Of a DNA stretch of 64,000 bases, positions 1 through 8,991 are shown piece by piece. Made by a program: the position numbers and the translations under genes. The notes under the pieces are model-generated. The model did no database searches, had not been told where the DNA came from, and was given only the letters and a program-made list of their open reading frames with translations. Each line of letters opens with the position of its first letter. The first letter of the stretch is position 1. Source of the stretch: Patescibacteria group bacterium (GTDB taxonomy: Bacteria > Patescibacteriota > Patescibacteriia > 2-02-FULL-49-11); contig JBAZQN010000005.1 of the NCBI GenBank assembly GCA_041645165.1, positions 19,832-83,831 of the forward strand, in the 5' to 3' direction.

Positions 1-131
1 TGTTTTGTCCATATGTTTAAGTAATAAATTCGGATGAAAAAGATAAAATATTTCATCTACTTGGTATAAGAATTTTTAGGAGATACTATGTAATGAATCG
101 TTGATATACAGACTAAATGTATACTGCGCGG

Positions 132-923
132 TTATCCTTTTGCCATCATGGTGCGGAAGAGGACGACGAGGGGGTCGCCCTTTTTGCGTTGGAGGAGCGA
201 GGGCGTGATCTCAAGCGTGGGAGTGTCGAGGATAAGGCGGGGGTATTCCTTGGTGAGGTTGAGCGCGTTTTCAAACACATAGGCGAGCGGCATAAGGCTT
301 TCCTCATTTTTGTAGAATATATTTTTACCCTCTACTTTTTTAAAATACTTCCGGTAAAAAGCGCGCAAGGTCTCCACCGAGCCGGTGAACGGAGTTTCCG
401 GGGGCACGATGTGATGGGCGCAGATGACTATTTTGGGATCCAATAGCTCAATGTTCTTTTTTGTCTTGTCTAATACGCCCGAGACCTCGGAATCAGACTT
501 TGGCATCGGAAGGAATATGATGTCAGGATGCCCGATTTCCGCGCACTGCTCTTCGGTGAGCTCGTGGGCATTGTCGGCAAAATGCGCGAGGCGTACGCCA
601 TCGACCGTATAGTGCCACGCGATATTGATATCGCCTGCCCATTCATAGATCACCGTCCCGCGCAGGTCGAGATTAGGAAAGGGATTGCTGTGGGTTTTGG
701 TAGGAGGCGCATGATAGAGCCAGCTGCCGGGCGCATAGGAGTGGTCTGCGTCCGGCTCGGAAGAGAGCACGATATTGGCTCCCATAGGCTTCCCCTGAAA
801 TTCGTCAGGGAATTGGGGGCCGAGAGAATACTGCGGATCATTGCTGAAGGGGTCAATAAGAATGCGGAATCCTTGATTATTTTCTATGAGAAAGCAGGAG
901 AGGCCGATGAAGTGGATGGTCAT
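132..923 (-). CDS. MBL-fold metallo-hydrolase (degenerate metal motif)
   Basis: N-terminal HFIGLSCFLIE..ILIDPF is typical of the beta-lactamase-fold family. The HxHxDH motif reads ExDxDH (SEPDADH); HFAD and a C-terminal AHH are present. Confidence 0.7.
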   Translation of the reverse strand: MTIHFIGLSCFLIENNQGFRILIDPFSNDPQYSLGPQFPDEFQGKPMGANIVLSSEPDADHSYAPGSWLYHAPPTKTHSNPFPNLDLRGTVIYEWAGDINIAWHYTVDGVRLAHFADNAHELTEEQCAEIGHPDIIFLPMPKSDSEVSGVLDKTKKNIELLDPKIVICAHHIVPPETPFTGSVETLRAFYRKYFKKVEGKNIFYKNEESLMPLAYVFENALNLTKEYPRLILDTPTLEITPSLLQRKKGDPLVVLFRTMMAKG

Positions 924-976
924 AGGTCATGGAACATGGAACATATATCATAGAACATATAACATGGATCATGGAA
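921..976. repeat. Tandem 7-mer array (CATRGAA-like, 8 units)
   Basis: cataggt catggaa catggaa catatat catagaa catataa catggat catggaa; fills the whole intergenic gap. Confidence 0.9.
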
Positions 977-1595
977 TTGGCGGTGAATCGGGGGGCCTTT
1001 TTTGCTTTCTTTTACGCGCAATATATAGTAAGAGGGAGAGGAGGGAGAGTGAAGCGTAGTTGAGTATCATAAACCATGACGTAGCCCATGCGATGCCGTT
1101 GAATTTCCATTCAGAGAAAGGCCAGAGGAAGGGAGTTGGGTAAAAGGCAAAAGAGTGGGTAGGAATGTCGGAAAGGATATGGAGAAACCAACCGCCTATT
1201 TCCCAAGGGATGCGTTTGTAGATTATCCAAATAAATGCCAGACATAGAAAAAATACGAAAAGACTGTGGCTGTAATTATAAAGGAGGGTGGCAAGTTGTA
1301 CGGTCCAGTGTGTTGCGGCAGGTGATGGTGCATGTGGCGCGGGCGGGCCTATGCGGGGAACTGAATCGCCGAACAAGGGACCGAGAATGAGCCACGCGAA
1401 AGGAATGCTGAACGCGAAGAGATCAGGAAAAAATCCCCAGAATGCGGCGAGCCAAGGGCTCACCGCCGCGGATTTACGCAGATCGTCTCGCGAGCCCATA
1501 ACGCGGATCAACGCGGAATTGTTTGATTGATGTTTTGTGAGATTGTAGGATTTGGCAGCAGCGGCTGCCCAAAGACCGTGGGCGAGGGTGTCCAT
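969..1595 (-). CDS. Membrane-bound metal-dependent hydrolase (YdjM-like)
   Basis: Motifs MDTLAH, PDL, SHS, HILSDIPTH and PFLWP, with hydrophobic helices. Start moved to MDT because the upstream ATG lies in the 7-mer array. Confidence 0.7.
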   Translation of the reverse strand: MDTLAHGLWAAAAAKSYNLTKHQSNNSALIRVMGSRDDLRKSAAVSPWLAAFWGFFPDLFAFSIPFAWLILGPLFGDSVPRIGPPAPHAPSPAATHWTVQLATLLYNYSHSLFVFFLCLAFIWIIYKRIPWEIGGWFLHILSDIPTHSFAFYPTPFLWPFSEWKFNGIAWATSWFMILNYASLSLLSLLLYIARKRKQKRPPDSPPIP

Positions 1596-1600
1596 AAGAT

Positions 1601-1705
1601 CATGGAACACGTATCATGGAACATGGAACATATATCATAGAACACATAACATGGATTATGGAACATGGAGCATGGAGCATGTAGCACATAACATTGTTCA
1701 TGAGA
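1601..1705. repeat. Tandem 7-mer array (CATRGAA-like, about 15 units)
   Basis: catggaa cacgtat catggaa catggaa catatat catagaa cacataa catggat ... catgaga; shares a near-identical 42-bp block with 928-969. Confidence 0.9.
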
Positions 1706-2084
1706 CAGGTTTGGCATGAGAAGTGTTTTTAATTCCCTCAATAGTGGTCCATAACATAGCACCAATTTCATCTGCGAGTTTCATTGACGTTTGAAAATCT
1801 CCTTCAGTCATATAGTTCTCTTTCTTAGAAAATTCAAGTAGATATCTCGATTCTTGAAGGGAACCATATGACATTTCTAAGAAGTTTCTATATACGGTAT
1901 CACGGTTCCGTGCGAATCCTTCGACATAGTTGAGGATTACTGAGAGAGCAGCGCGCCGCAATTGTGAGGTGACGCCGTAAAGCTCCTCATGAGGAAATTT
2001 TTTTGTAAGTGCATATACAAAATGAACATATTCGTCCATCTTTTGTCGGAGTTTCTGATGGAACATTTCATTATTGTATGGCAT
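1698..2084 (-). CDS. Four helix bundle protein (23S rRNA IVP / Avd-like family)
   Basis: Family signatures FPHEELYGVTSQLRRAALSVILNYVEG and FLEMSYGSLQE. Confidence 0.9.
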   Translation of the reverse strand: MPYNNEMFHQKLRQKMDEYVHFVYALTKKFPHEELYGVTSQLRRAALSVILNYVEGFARNRDTVYRNFLEMSYGSLQESRYLLEFSKKENYMTEGDFQTSMKLADEIGAMLWTTIEGIKNTSHAKPVS

Positions 2085-2105
2085 AGTGGTTTTAATTAAT
2101 CAATG

Positions 2106-2147
2106 AGCCATGTTCTATGTTTCATGTTACGTGTTACATGCTTTATG
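2106..2147. repeat. 7-mer array inverted relative to 1601-1705
   Basis: agccatg ttctatg tttcatg ttacgtg ttacatg ctttatg are reverse complements of CAT-led 7-mers. Confidence 0.85.
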
Positions 2148-3404
2148 TTATATATTCATTCCGGTATAGAGGGGATGCGCGTCGGTGAGGTCAGTAACTT
2201 TTTTGCGCACGCGATCCTTCTCTTCTTCGTTATCCCTGTTCTTCAAGGTGCGGACAATCAGTTCCGCGATGGCCTGCATTTCCGGTTCAGTGAATCCCCG
2301 CGTGGTGAGCGCGGCAGTACCGATCCGTAAGCCAGACGGATCCATAGGTTTGCGCGGGTCGAAAGGAATCATGTTTTTATTGGTATAGATTCCCACGCTA
2401 TCGAGCGTTTTTTCCGCTTCTTTTCCTGTAATTCCAAGCGTAGTAAGGTCGAGAAGCAAGAGGTGATTGTCGGTGCCGCCGGAGACGAGCCGTATGCCGT
2501 AGGAGGCGAGTGCAGCGCCCAAGGCCTGGCAATTTCTCACGATTTGCGCGGCGTAACTTTTGAATTCCCCGGTCATCGCTTCACGGAAGCAGACCGCTTT
2601 TGCGGCGATCACATGCTCCAGCGGCCCTCCTTGCATACCCGGCATAACCGCCTTGTCTATTTTTTCCGCATATTCCTTTTTTGAAAGAATAAATGCGCCG
2701 CGCGGGCCGCGCAAGGTCTTATGAGTGGTTGAGCTCACCACATGCGCATAGGGGACCGGAGAAGGATGCACCCCGCCGGCCACGAGCCCAGCAATGTGCG
2801 CCATGTCTACCATGAAGAGTGCGCCCACTTCATCCGCAATTGCGCGAAATGCGGTGAAGTCGATAGTGCGCGGATAGGCAGTGTATCCCGCAAGGATCAG
2901 TTTCGGCCGTTCGCGCAAGGCAATGGCGCGCACCTCATCCATGTCAAGCGTTTCTGTGTCGCGGCGCACGCCATAGGGGATGAAGCGGTAGAATTTGCCG
3001 GAAAAATTTACTGGGCTTCCGTGCGTGAGATGTCCGCCCGATGCGAGGTCCATGGCGAGGACCGTATCGCCCAGCTCAAGCAGCGCAAAGTATGCTTCCA
3101 TGTTCGCGCTCGAGCCGGAGTGCGGCTGCACGTTTGCGTGTTCCGCGCCGAACAATTGTTTAGCGCGCTCGCGCGCAAGGTTTTCTACCACGTCAATCCA
3201 TTCATTGCCGCCATAGTAGCGCTTGCCCGGATAACCCTCGGAATATTTATTCGTGAGGCAGGAGCCCATTGCTTCCAGCACGGCGGGCGAGGTGTAATTT
3301 TCAGACGCGATCATCTCTAAGCCCTGGCGCTGGCGTTTCAGCTCTCCTTGCATGGCATTGCTTAATTCTTCGTCTTGTTGGGTGAGGGTGGTAAAGGAAG
3401 GCAT
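2148..3404 (-). CDS. glyA: Serine hydroxymethyltransferase
   Basis: [30 protein letters not shown] and [12 protein letters not shown] (PLP lysine). Confidence 0.98.
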   Translation of the reverse strand: MPSFTTLTQQDEELSNAMQGELKRQRQGLEMIASENYTSPAVLEAMGSCLTNKYSEGYPGKRYYGGNEWIDVVENLARERAKQLFGAEHANVQPHSGSSANMEAYFALLELGDTVLAMDLASGGHLTHGSPVNFSGKFYRFIPYGVRRDTETLDMDEVRAIALRERPKLILAGYTAYPRTIDFTAFRAIADEVGALFMVDMAHIAGLVAGGVHPSPVPYAHVVSSTTHKTLRGPRGAFILSKKEYAEKIDKAVMPGMQGGPLEHVIAAKAVCFREAMTGEFKSYAAQIVRNCQALGAALASYGIRLVSGGTDNHLLLLDLTTLGITGKEAEKTLDSVGIYTNKNMIPFDPRKPMDPSGLRIGTAALTTRGFTEPEMQAIAELIVRTLKNRDNEEEKDRVRKKVTDLTDAHPLYTGMNI

Positions 3405-3554
3405 AATCAAATAAGTTCAAAGTTCAAAACTCAAATGTCAAAACTGTATGCGATCGGTGGGTAGTGTCTTGTTGTATCGGAATTTTCCGCCGAAGGCGGA
3501 TCTGCCTCTGGCACGACAATCTTTTCGCGTACGTCAGCGTAAGGTCGGCGTAAG

Positions 3555-3653
3555 CCTGCCCGCCATAGCCTTGATGAAAATACGCTGCGTCAACTGAGAA
3601 CAAACGATACGCTGTGTTACTCTCATTGATTGTTAGCAGGTTTGGCAGGCGGG
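3555..3653 (-). mobile_element. ~100-bp element, ends CCCGCCTGCC...GGCTATGGCGGGCAGG (copy 1, reversed)
   Basis: Termini match 23119-23219 and 51140-51240; the interior is divergent. Confidence 0.7.
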
Positions 3654-3762
3654 TCCGCGATTAATGCCGAAGGCTTAATTTAATTACAACATAGTTTAAT
3701 ATATCGTTAAAATCTGCTAGAATTTACTGTATCACGTATTACCTATATTACCATATTTGTTT

Positions 3763-4881
3763 ATGCGTACGCGACTCATATTCAATATCGCTATCATGGG
3801 AATAGCAGCATTATTGCCTTTTTTTGTATATGCGAGGGGAGACGCGGTGGTGATCTCTGCGGATGAGAACGTGCGGGGCGATGTCGTGCGCATGGGGAGC
3901 ACGGTGCGGATCCTCGCGCCCGTGGACGGTGATGTGATAGTCGCGGGCGGCACTGTAGAGATCGCGGGGCCGGTCACCGGTGACGTGATTGCCATAGGGG
4001 GCGAAGTGCGCATCACGTCTGATGTCGGCGGGAGCGTGCGTGTGGCAGGCGGCACCGTGGAAATTTCAGGCAGCGTCGGCAGGGGCGTGTCCGTGGTGGG
4101 CGGAAGGGTGCAGCTTTCTGATGCATCGGAAGTGGGGTGGAGTATGACCGCGTTCAGCGCAGATGTGGCAATCAATGGGCGCGTGGGGCGCGATGTCCGT
4201 GTGTATGGGGGATCGGTGGCGGTTGCCGGAGAGATAGGAAGGGATCTAACGGTCTACGGCAGGAGCGGCGATCGCGTGACGCTTGAGCCGACCGCAATCG
4301 TGCATGGAGCAATGGATTATACTTCCCAAGAGCCTGCCGCTATCCGCGACGGCGCCGTCGTGGAAGGGGAGATGCGGTTCCACCAGATTTCAAGAGAGAG
4401 CGCCAAGGCCGCATTCGCGGCCCATGCCATTGCCAGCCTTATCCGATTGTTCGGTTTGATTGTGGTGGGACTCGTGCTCATTACGCTTGCCCCGAAGGCC
4501 ATCGAGGTATTAGGTGAAAGGAAAAATGTGTGGACATTGAAAGGAGCGGGGTGGGGGCTGGTATGGCTCGTGCTCCCTCCTTTAGTCGCCCTCGCACTCC
4601 TGTTTACGCTCATCGGCGTGCCGCTCGCGCTTATCCTTGCGGCGCTATGGGCGGTAGGTTTGTATTGCGCGCAGGTCATCGTGGCGTTTACCCTTGGGAA
4701 ACTACTTTTGGTGGATGTATTGAAATCAGAAGCCTCCCACAGGTTTTTCTGCCTCGCGGCTGGCGCCGCGGTATGGATTGCGCTTGTCTCCATCCCGATG
4801 ATAGGATTGATGATCGGACTGGTGGGTACTATTCTAGGGCTCGGAAGCATGGTGGGGTATTTTAGAAAAGGTACTGCATAA
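3763..4881 (+). CDS. Membrane protein with bactofilin/polymer-forming beta-helix repeats
   Basis: Signal peptide, repeated V.GDV...GG.V.I units, then about 5-6 TM helices. Confidence 0.75.
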   Translation: MRTRLIFNIAIMGIAALLPFFVYARGDAVVISADENVRGDVVRMGSTVRILAPVDGDVIVAGGTVEIAGPVTGDVIAIGGEVRITSDVGGSVRVAGGTVEISGSVGRGVSVVGGRVQLSDASEVGWSMTAFSADVAINGRVGRDVRVYGGSVAVAGEIGRDLTVYGRSGDRVTLEPTAIVHGAMDYTSQEPAAIRDGAVVEGEMRFHQISRESAKAAFAAHAIASLIRLFGLIVVGLVLITLAPKAIEVLGERKNVWTLKGAGWGLVWLVLPPLVALALLFTLIGVPLALILAALWAVGLYCAQVIVAFTLGKLLLVDVLKSEASHRFFCLAAGAAVWIALVSIPMIGLMIGLVGTILGLGSMVGYFRKGTA

Positions 4882-4897
4882 TAAGAGCGTAATGCAA

Positions 4898-4990
4898 TTC
4901 AGTGTATTTCCGTGTAGGATTCAGTTTTTTCAGTGAGAAAAGTTTTTCACACTGAATGCACACGGAAGCATGCACTGAAACGACACAAAA
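4898..4990. repeat. Inverted arrays of TTCAGTG/CACTGAA-type short repeats
   Basis: ttcagtgtatttccgtgt..ttcagt..ttcagtg followed by cactgaa..cacacggaa..cactgaa. Confidence 0.65.
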
Positions 4991-5010
4991 ATCGAACTAC
5001 TACTGTTTAC

Positions 5011-5240
5011 TATACTCAATTGCTATTCAAATTCCGATTCCATCGTCATTCCCGCCCCGTATCACGGTACGGGGCAAACCATGGCCTCGCGCAGGCGGGG
5101 CTCCGGCGGGAATCCAGACGCCGTCCTCGACCGAGATCGGGGAACACCAAAAGAAAATCGATGTTTTGTTTGTTTTTTATGTCTGGATTCCAGATCTCGG
5201 TCTGGAATGACAATCGGAATTAGGTTAGCAAGTTAGTATA
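5011..5240 (+). mobile_element. MITE-like ~207-bp palindromic element (copy 1, with extra 22-bp insert)
   Basis: Near-identical to 43283-43490 and 56264-56469. TATACT...AGTATA ends, imperfect TIR (ttgctattcaaattccgatt / aatcggaattaggttagcaa) and GTCATTCC...GGAATGAC core. Confidence 0.9.
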
Positions 5241-5242
5241 AT

Positions 5243-7453
5243 ATGATTTCTCGCACATTGCAGGTCGCGCAATTAAGGAAAGAATTTGAAGATGCGGTGG
5301 AGAGCGCCACGCCCGAAGAAGTGAAGAGGGGGCGTTTGTTTGATTTGGATCAGGAGGGTGAAATCCGCGTGACACTGACCAAGGACCTGGTTGAGCGACT
5401 AGGCTTGAAAGCGTGGCTCGCGAATTACCGCGAGGAAGCATCGCACTCCACCGGCGGCATCCGCGGCCCGCAAAATATCAAATATTGGTGGGATTGGCGC
5501 TTCCCGCTCAATGGGCTGGGGGTGGCGCTTGCCACCATAGCAAAAGCGCAGGTTGTGCGGCAGGATGTGGGCGCGCGCAAGATCAGGAAAATCCTCGGGG
5601 GAGAGGTGCGCTATAACACCGCCGCCTATATGGATCTGATTGCGCGAATTGAAGCGGCGCTCGACATCGAAGTGCATTGTGTCCCGGGCAGGAAGACCTT
5701 GCCCATTTGGCTCGCGTCATTCCTCACGTTTATGCTAGATTATGACGGAGGAGAGTATGTGACTTCCTCGCACGGCATTTCCAGCAAGATTGCGACCAAG
5801 GATTTGAACAATGAAGGAGGGCAATTCATGCCCGAGATATCCCTCCGGTTTGTGGATGAAATAGAACGCATCATTCATGAAGCTGAAACTGACCCTAAGG
5901 GCCTTACCATTACCTTGGCGCCGCGCAAAGACTCTCGCATTATTGAGGATGTGGAAGGGATTCCCGCGTACCTTGCATATTTGCGCACAAGCGTTGCCAC
6001 TCCTGAAAATATTGCACTTATTACGCAAGCGACCGGACAAGGATTTACCGCCCTGTTTGATTTTATCGGAGGTTGCATGCAGCGGACCATGGAGCCGCTC
6101 CTTGAGCAGCTTGGGGTGGCGGGCGCGTTCCGCTGGCATCATGGGGAGGAGGACCCTTTTTTCCATGGGGTGGGCAAAACACACAGGCTGAATCCGCAGA
6201 CAGGTAAAGAGGAGTATTATGATTACTCATGCGATACGACCCTCATGGACGTAGTGAAGACCTTGGGGTACGAAGAAACGCTCCGCGGCAAGCCTGTGGG
6301 ATTTCCCGTATTCATCACTGATCCGGACGGCGATCGGCTGGTGCTTGCAGAAGTGCAGGATGCGCAGAGGGTATCGGAATTGGATGAGCTCGGCATTGAT
6401 TATATTCCTTTAGATGCGGGGAAAGTCCTCGTCATCTTTATGCCCAACCAGTCTTTTTTCATGACGTTTGATTTCCATGCGCGAAGCTTAAAAGCTTCAG
6501 GGTGTTGGGGCGACCACGACCGATTTATGATAAAGACTACGCTTTCCGCGGCGTTCTGGGATGAATGGGCTGCAGTAAGCCGCGTGGCGGTGGTGAACGT
6601 CCCGGTGGGTTTCAAGGAAATATCCCATGTCATGAAAAAGGTGGAAGCGCAGTTACACACAAGCGCAGACCGACGCAGACTGAATACGCAGACCGACGCA
6701 GACGATATTCTAGTGCGCGATATATATGGGAAAACTATTAATCTTGGCAAAAATCCACGGCTGCTTTTTGGCGGCGAGGAAAGCGGCGGCATGATTATCG
6801 GCCCGGAAGAGCTGGTGGCAAGCCGTGCGGGCAGGCGGGCGATCGCCATGCGGGAGAAGAGCGCGGGAGAAGCGTCCATTATTACCGCAGCGCTCGCTAC
6901 TCATTTGTTTTTAGCGAAGAAGACTTTCTTGGATTATTATGTGAGCATTTTGGAAGAGTATCACATACGTTATCGCTATAATGTCCGCGGCCAAGTCGCT
7001 TATTACAATGAGAGCGAACCTGATCCGGTGAAGCTCATGAAGGCAAAACAGGGAGGCGAGCGGGTTCGGGACAAGAATGACACTTACTTTTTAACGCTAG
7101 CCGTAGCCAGAAAAGAAGGGCTCATCACCGTGGCGCACGCGCGTGAAATATTGAGTGAAGCCTTTCCGCATCTGCAGTTCCACAATTTGGTTGATGTGCG
7201 TTTTGTCGGGGACGGCACCATGATGGTGTTTGAAGACAAATCAATTGAGGTGCGCAAATCAGGCACGGATGCGAAAACGCGCGCCGCGGCATTTGGGGTT
7301 CATAGGGAAGAGTGCCAGCGCTACATGGACGCGTTCTTGCATTATCTCGGCGACATCACGCCCGCCTATGCGCGACTGATACCGGACGCGTATCGCGCGC
7401 AGGTTCCCCAAAAGGCAAAAGAATTGTATATGCAGTACTTGCGGGAGGATTAA
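5243..7453 (+). CDS. Alpha-D-phosphohexomutase family protein (PGM/PMM-like, divergent)
   Basis: STGGIRG, TSSH (phosphoserine loop), DPDGDR (metal loop), VGFK and GEESGG. Confidence 0.85.
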   Translation: MISRTLQVAQLRKEFEDAVESATPEEVKRGRLFDLDQEGEIRVTLTKDLVERLGLKAWLANYREEASHSTGGIRGPQNIKYWWDWRFPLNGLGVALATIAKAQVVRQDVGARKIRKILGGEVRYNTAAYMDLIARIEAALDIEVHCVPGRKTLPIWLASFLTFMLDYDGGEYVTSSHGISSKIATKDLNNEGGQFMPEISLRFVDEIERIIHEAETDPKGLTITLAPRKDSRIIEDVEGIPAYLAYLRTSVATPENIALITQATGQGFTALFDFIGGCMQRTMEPLLEQLGVAGAFRWHHGEEDPFFHGVGKTHRLNPQTGKEEYYDYSCDTTLMDVVKTLGYEETLRGKPVGFPVFITDPDGDRLVLAEVQDAQRVSELDELGIDYIPLDAGKVLVIFMPNQSFFMTFDFHARSLKASGCWGDHDRFMIKTTLSAAFWDEWAAVSRVAVVNVPVGFKEISHVMKKVEAQLHTSADRRRLNTQTDADDILVRDIYGKTINLGKNPRLLFGGEESGGMIIGPEELVASRAGRRAIAMREKSAGEASIITAALATHLFLAKKTFLDYYVSILEEYHIRYRYNVRGQVAYYNESEPDPVKLMKAKQGGERVRDKNDTYFLTLAVARKEGLITVAHAREILSEAFPHLQFHNLVDVRFVGDGTMMVFEDKSIEVRKSGTDAKTRAAAFGVHREECQRYMDAFLHYLGDITPAYARLIPDAYRAQVPQKAKELYMQYLRED

Positions 7454-7475
7454 CAATATTTTCTGGTGTGTTGTT

Positions 7476-8963
7476 ATGGCATTAAGTGCATATTTGGAGC
7501 ATATCTTGAAAGACGCGGAGGAACTCCCACCCGCACGGCCTTATATAAATCACGCGGTGGCATTTAAACAGCCAGTGACGCCGCGCGAGAGGGCAGAGGC
7601 GCTTGAGAAGGCGGGCCTTAATGTCTTTTTTTATCCCGCAGCATTGATAAACGGCTGCGACCTCCTGTCCGATTCCGGGACCGGTGCCATGACGAATGAG
7701 CAGTGGGCGTCGCTCCACTACGGAGATGAAGCGTACGGCTCCAACCAAGGGTATTTTCTTTTGCGGGAACAAGTGCGCCATACGTTTGGAGATTTATTTT
7801 TCAATAATCTCACTGGCAGTTTCAACGCGTTCCTCTTCCATCAGGACCGGGCGGCCGAGTGCGCGCTGTTCACCCAAATAGGGAAACTTGGCACGGGGTT
7901 GATTATTCCCAGCAACGGCCATTTTGACACGACGCACGCGAACATCGAGGCGAATGGCATGCGCGCGCTTAATTTATTTTCTCCCGCACTGAAGCGCAAA
8001 GAGGATTCGTCCGCGTTTAAGGGCGACATGGACACGGAGAGGTTCATACAGTTGCTGGAGGAGTCGCGCGCGAAGGTGCCGCTCGTGTACCTTACCATTA
8101 CGAACAATACCGGCGGCGGACAGCCGGTATCGCTTGGCAACATTGCGGAAGTGGCCCGCATCGCCCATGCGCAGGGAATTCCCCTCTTTTTGGATGCGTG
8201 CCGTTTTGCGGAAAATGCCTGGTTTATACAGCAGCGCGAGCCAGGATACCGCGAGAAAGCCATTCCTGATATTGTCAGAGAAATATTTTCATACGCGGAC
8301 GGCTTTACCATCAGTTTCAAGAAAGACGGGCTGGCAAACATGGGTGGGGGATTATTTTTAAAAGAAAATGGGCTTTTTGTCCGAAAATATCCCCGTATGT
8401 CCGACGCGCTCACCAATCATCAGATTCTCACGGAAGGGAATCCCACATATGGCGGGCTTTCGGGGCGCGATATCATGACGATCGTCGAAGGATTGAAGAC
8501 GGTGGTGCGGCAAGAGTATCTTGATTACCGGACATCGCAGGTGCAGGCGTTCGGGGAACATATGAAAGAGTTGGGTCTTCCCGTGCTCACCCCCGCCGGC
8601 GGGCATGCGGTGTATATGGACATGACGGAATTTTTTTCTGATACCCGGATGCGACACGAGGATTTCGGCGGTATCTCGTGTACCGCGCTGCTGCTTGCCG
8701 CCTATGGACACCGCGCGTGCGAGCTTGGCGATTTCGCGTTTGGGTCGTATGATACGGTAGCGGGGAAAGACAATTTCCCGGAAGTAAATTTCGTGCGCTT
8801 CGCAGTGCCGCGCTTGCGCTATGAGCGGGAGGATTTGGAAGCGGTTGCGGGCGCGGTGAAGGCGCTCTATGACCGCCGCGACGAGATGCCTCCCGTGCGG
8901 GTCACCTATGGCCGCGATCTCCCTTTAAGGCATTTCAAAGCGCGGTTTGAGTTTATTGATTAA
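7476..8963 (+). CDS. Tryptophanase / tyrosine phenol-lyase family PLP beta-eliminating lyase
   Basis: DLLSDSGT, GDEAY, HFDTT, TNNTGGGQPVS, DACRFAEN, SFKKDG, TYGGLSGRD and LRHF. Substrate not resolvable by eye. Confidence 0.9.
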   Translation: MALSAYLEHILKDAEELPPARPYINHAVAFKQPVTPRERAEALEKAGLNVFFYPAALINGCDLLSDSGTGAMTNEQWASLHYGDEAYGSNQGYFLLREQVRHTFGDLFFNNLTGSFNAFLFHQDRAAECALFTQIGKLGTGLIIPSNGHFDTTHANIEANGMRALNLFSPALKRKEDSSAFKGDMDTERFIQLLEESRAKVPLVYLTITNNTGGGQPVSLGNIAEVARIAHAQGIPLFLDACRFAENAWFIQQREPGYREKAIPDIVREIFSYADGFTISFKKDGLANMGGGLFLKENGLFVRKYPRMSDALTNHQILTEGNPTYGGLSGRDIMTIVEGLKTVVRQEYLDYRTSQVQAFGEHMKELGLPVLTPAGGHAVYMDMTEFFSDTRMRHEDFGGISCTALLLAAYGHRACELGDFAFGSYDTVAGKDNFPEVNFVRFAVPRLRYEREDLEAVAGAVKALYDRRDEMPPVRVTYGRDLPLRHFKARFEFID

Positions 8964-8991
8964 GAATATGAACAACTAAGACTAGAATTGT

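Noticed and set aside
1698-2084. Diversity-generating retroelement (Avd-like gene)
   Set aside because: No reverse transcriptase and no template/variable repeat pair with adenine-specific mismatches seen in the window.
4933-5223. Short ORFs over the MITE copies (also 43224-43486 and 56191-56494)
   Set aside because: They are translations of the repeat with inconsistent starts and stops between copies.
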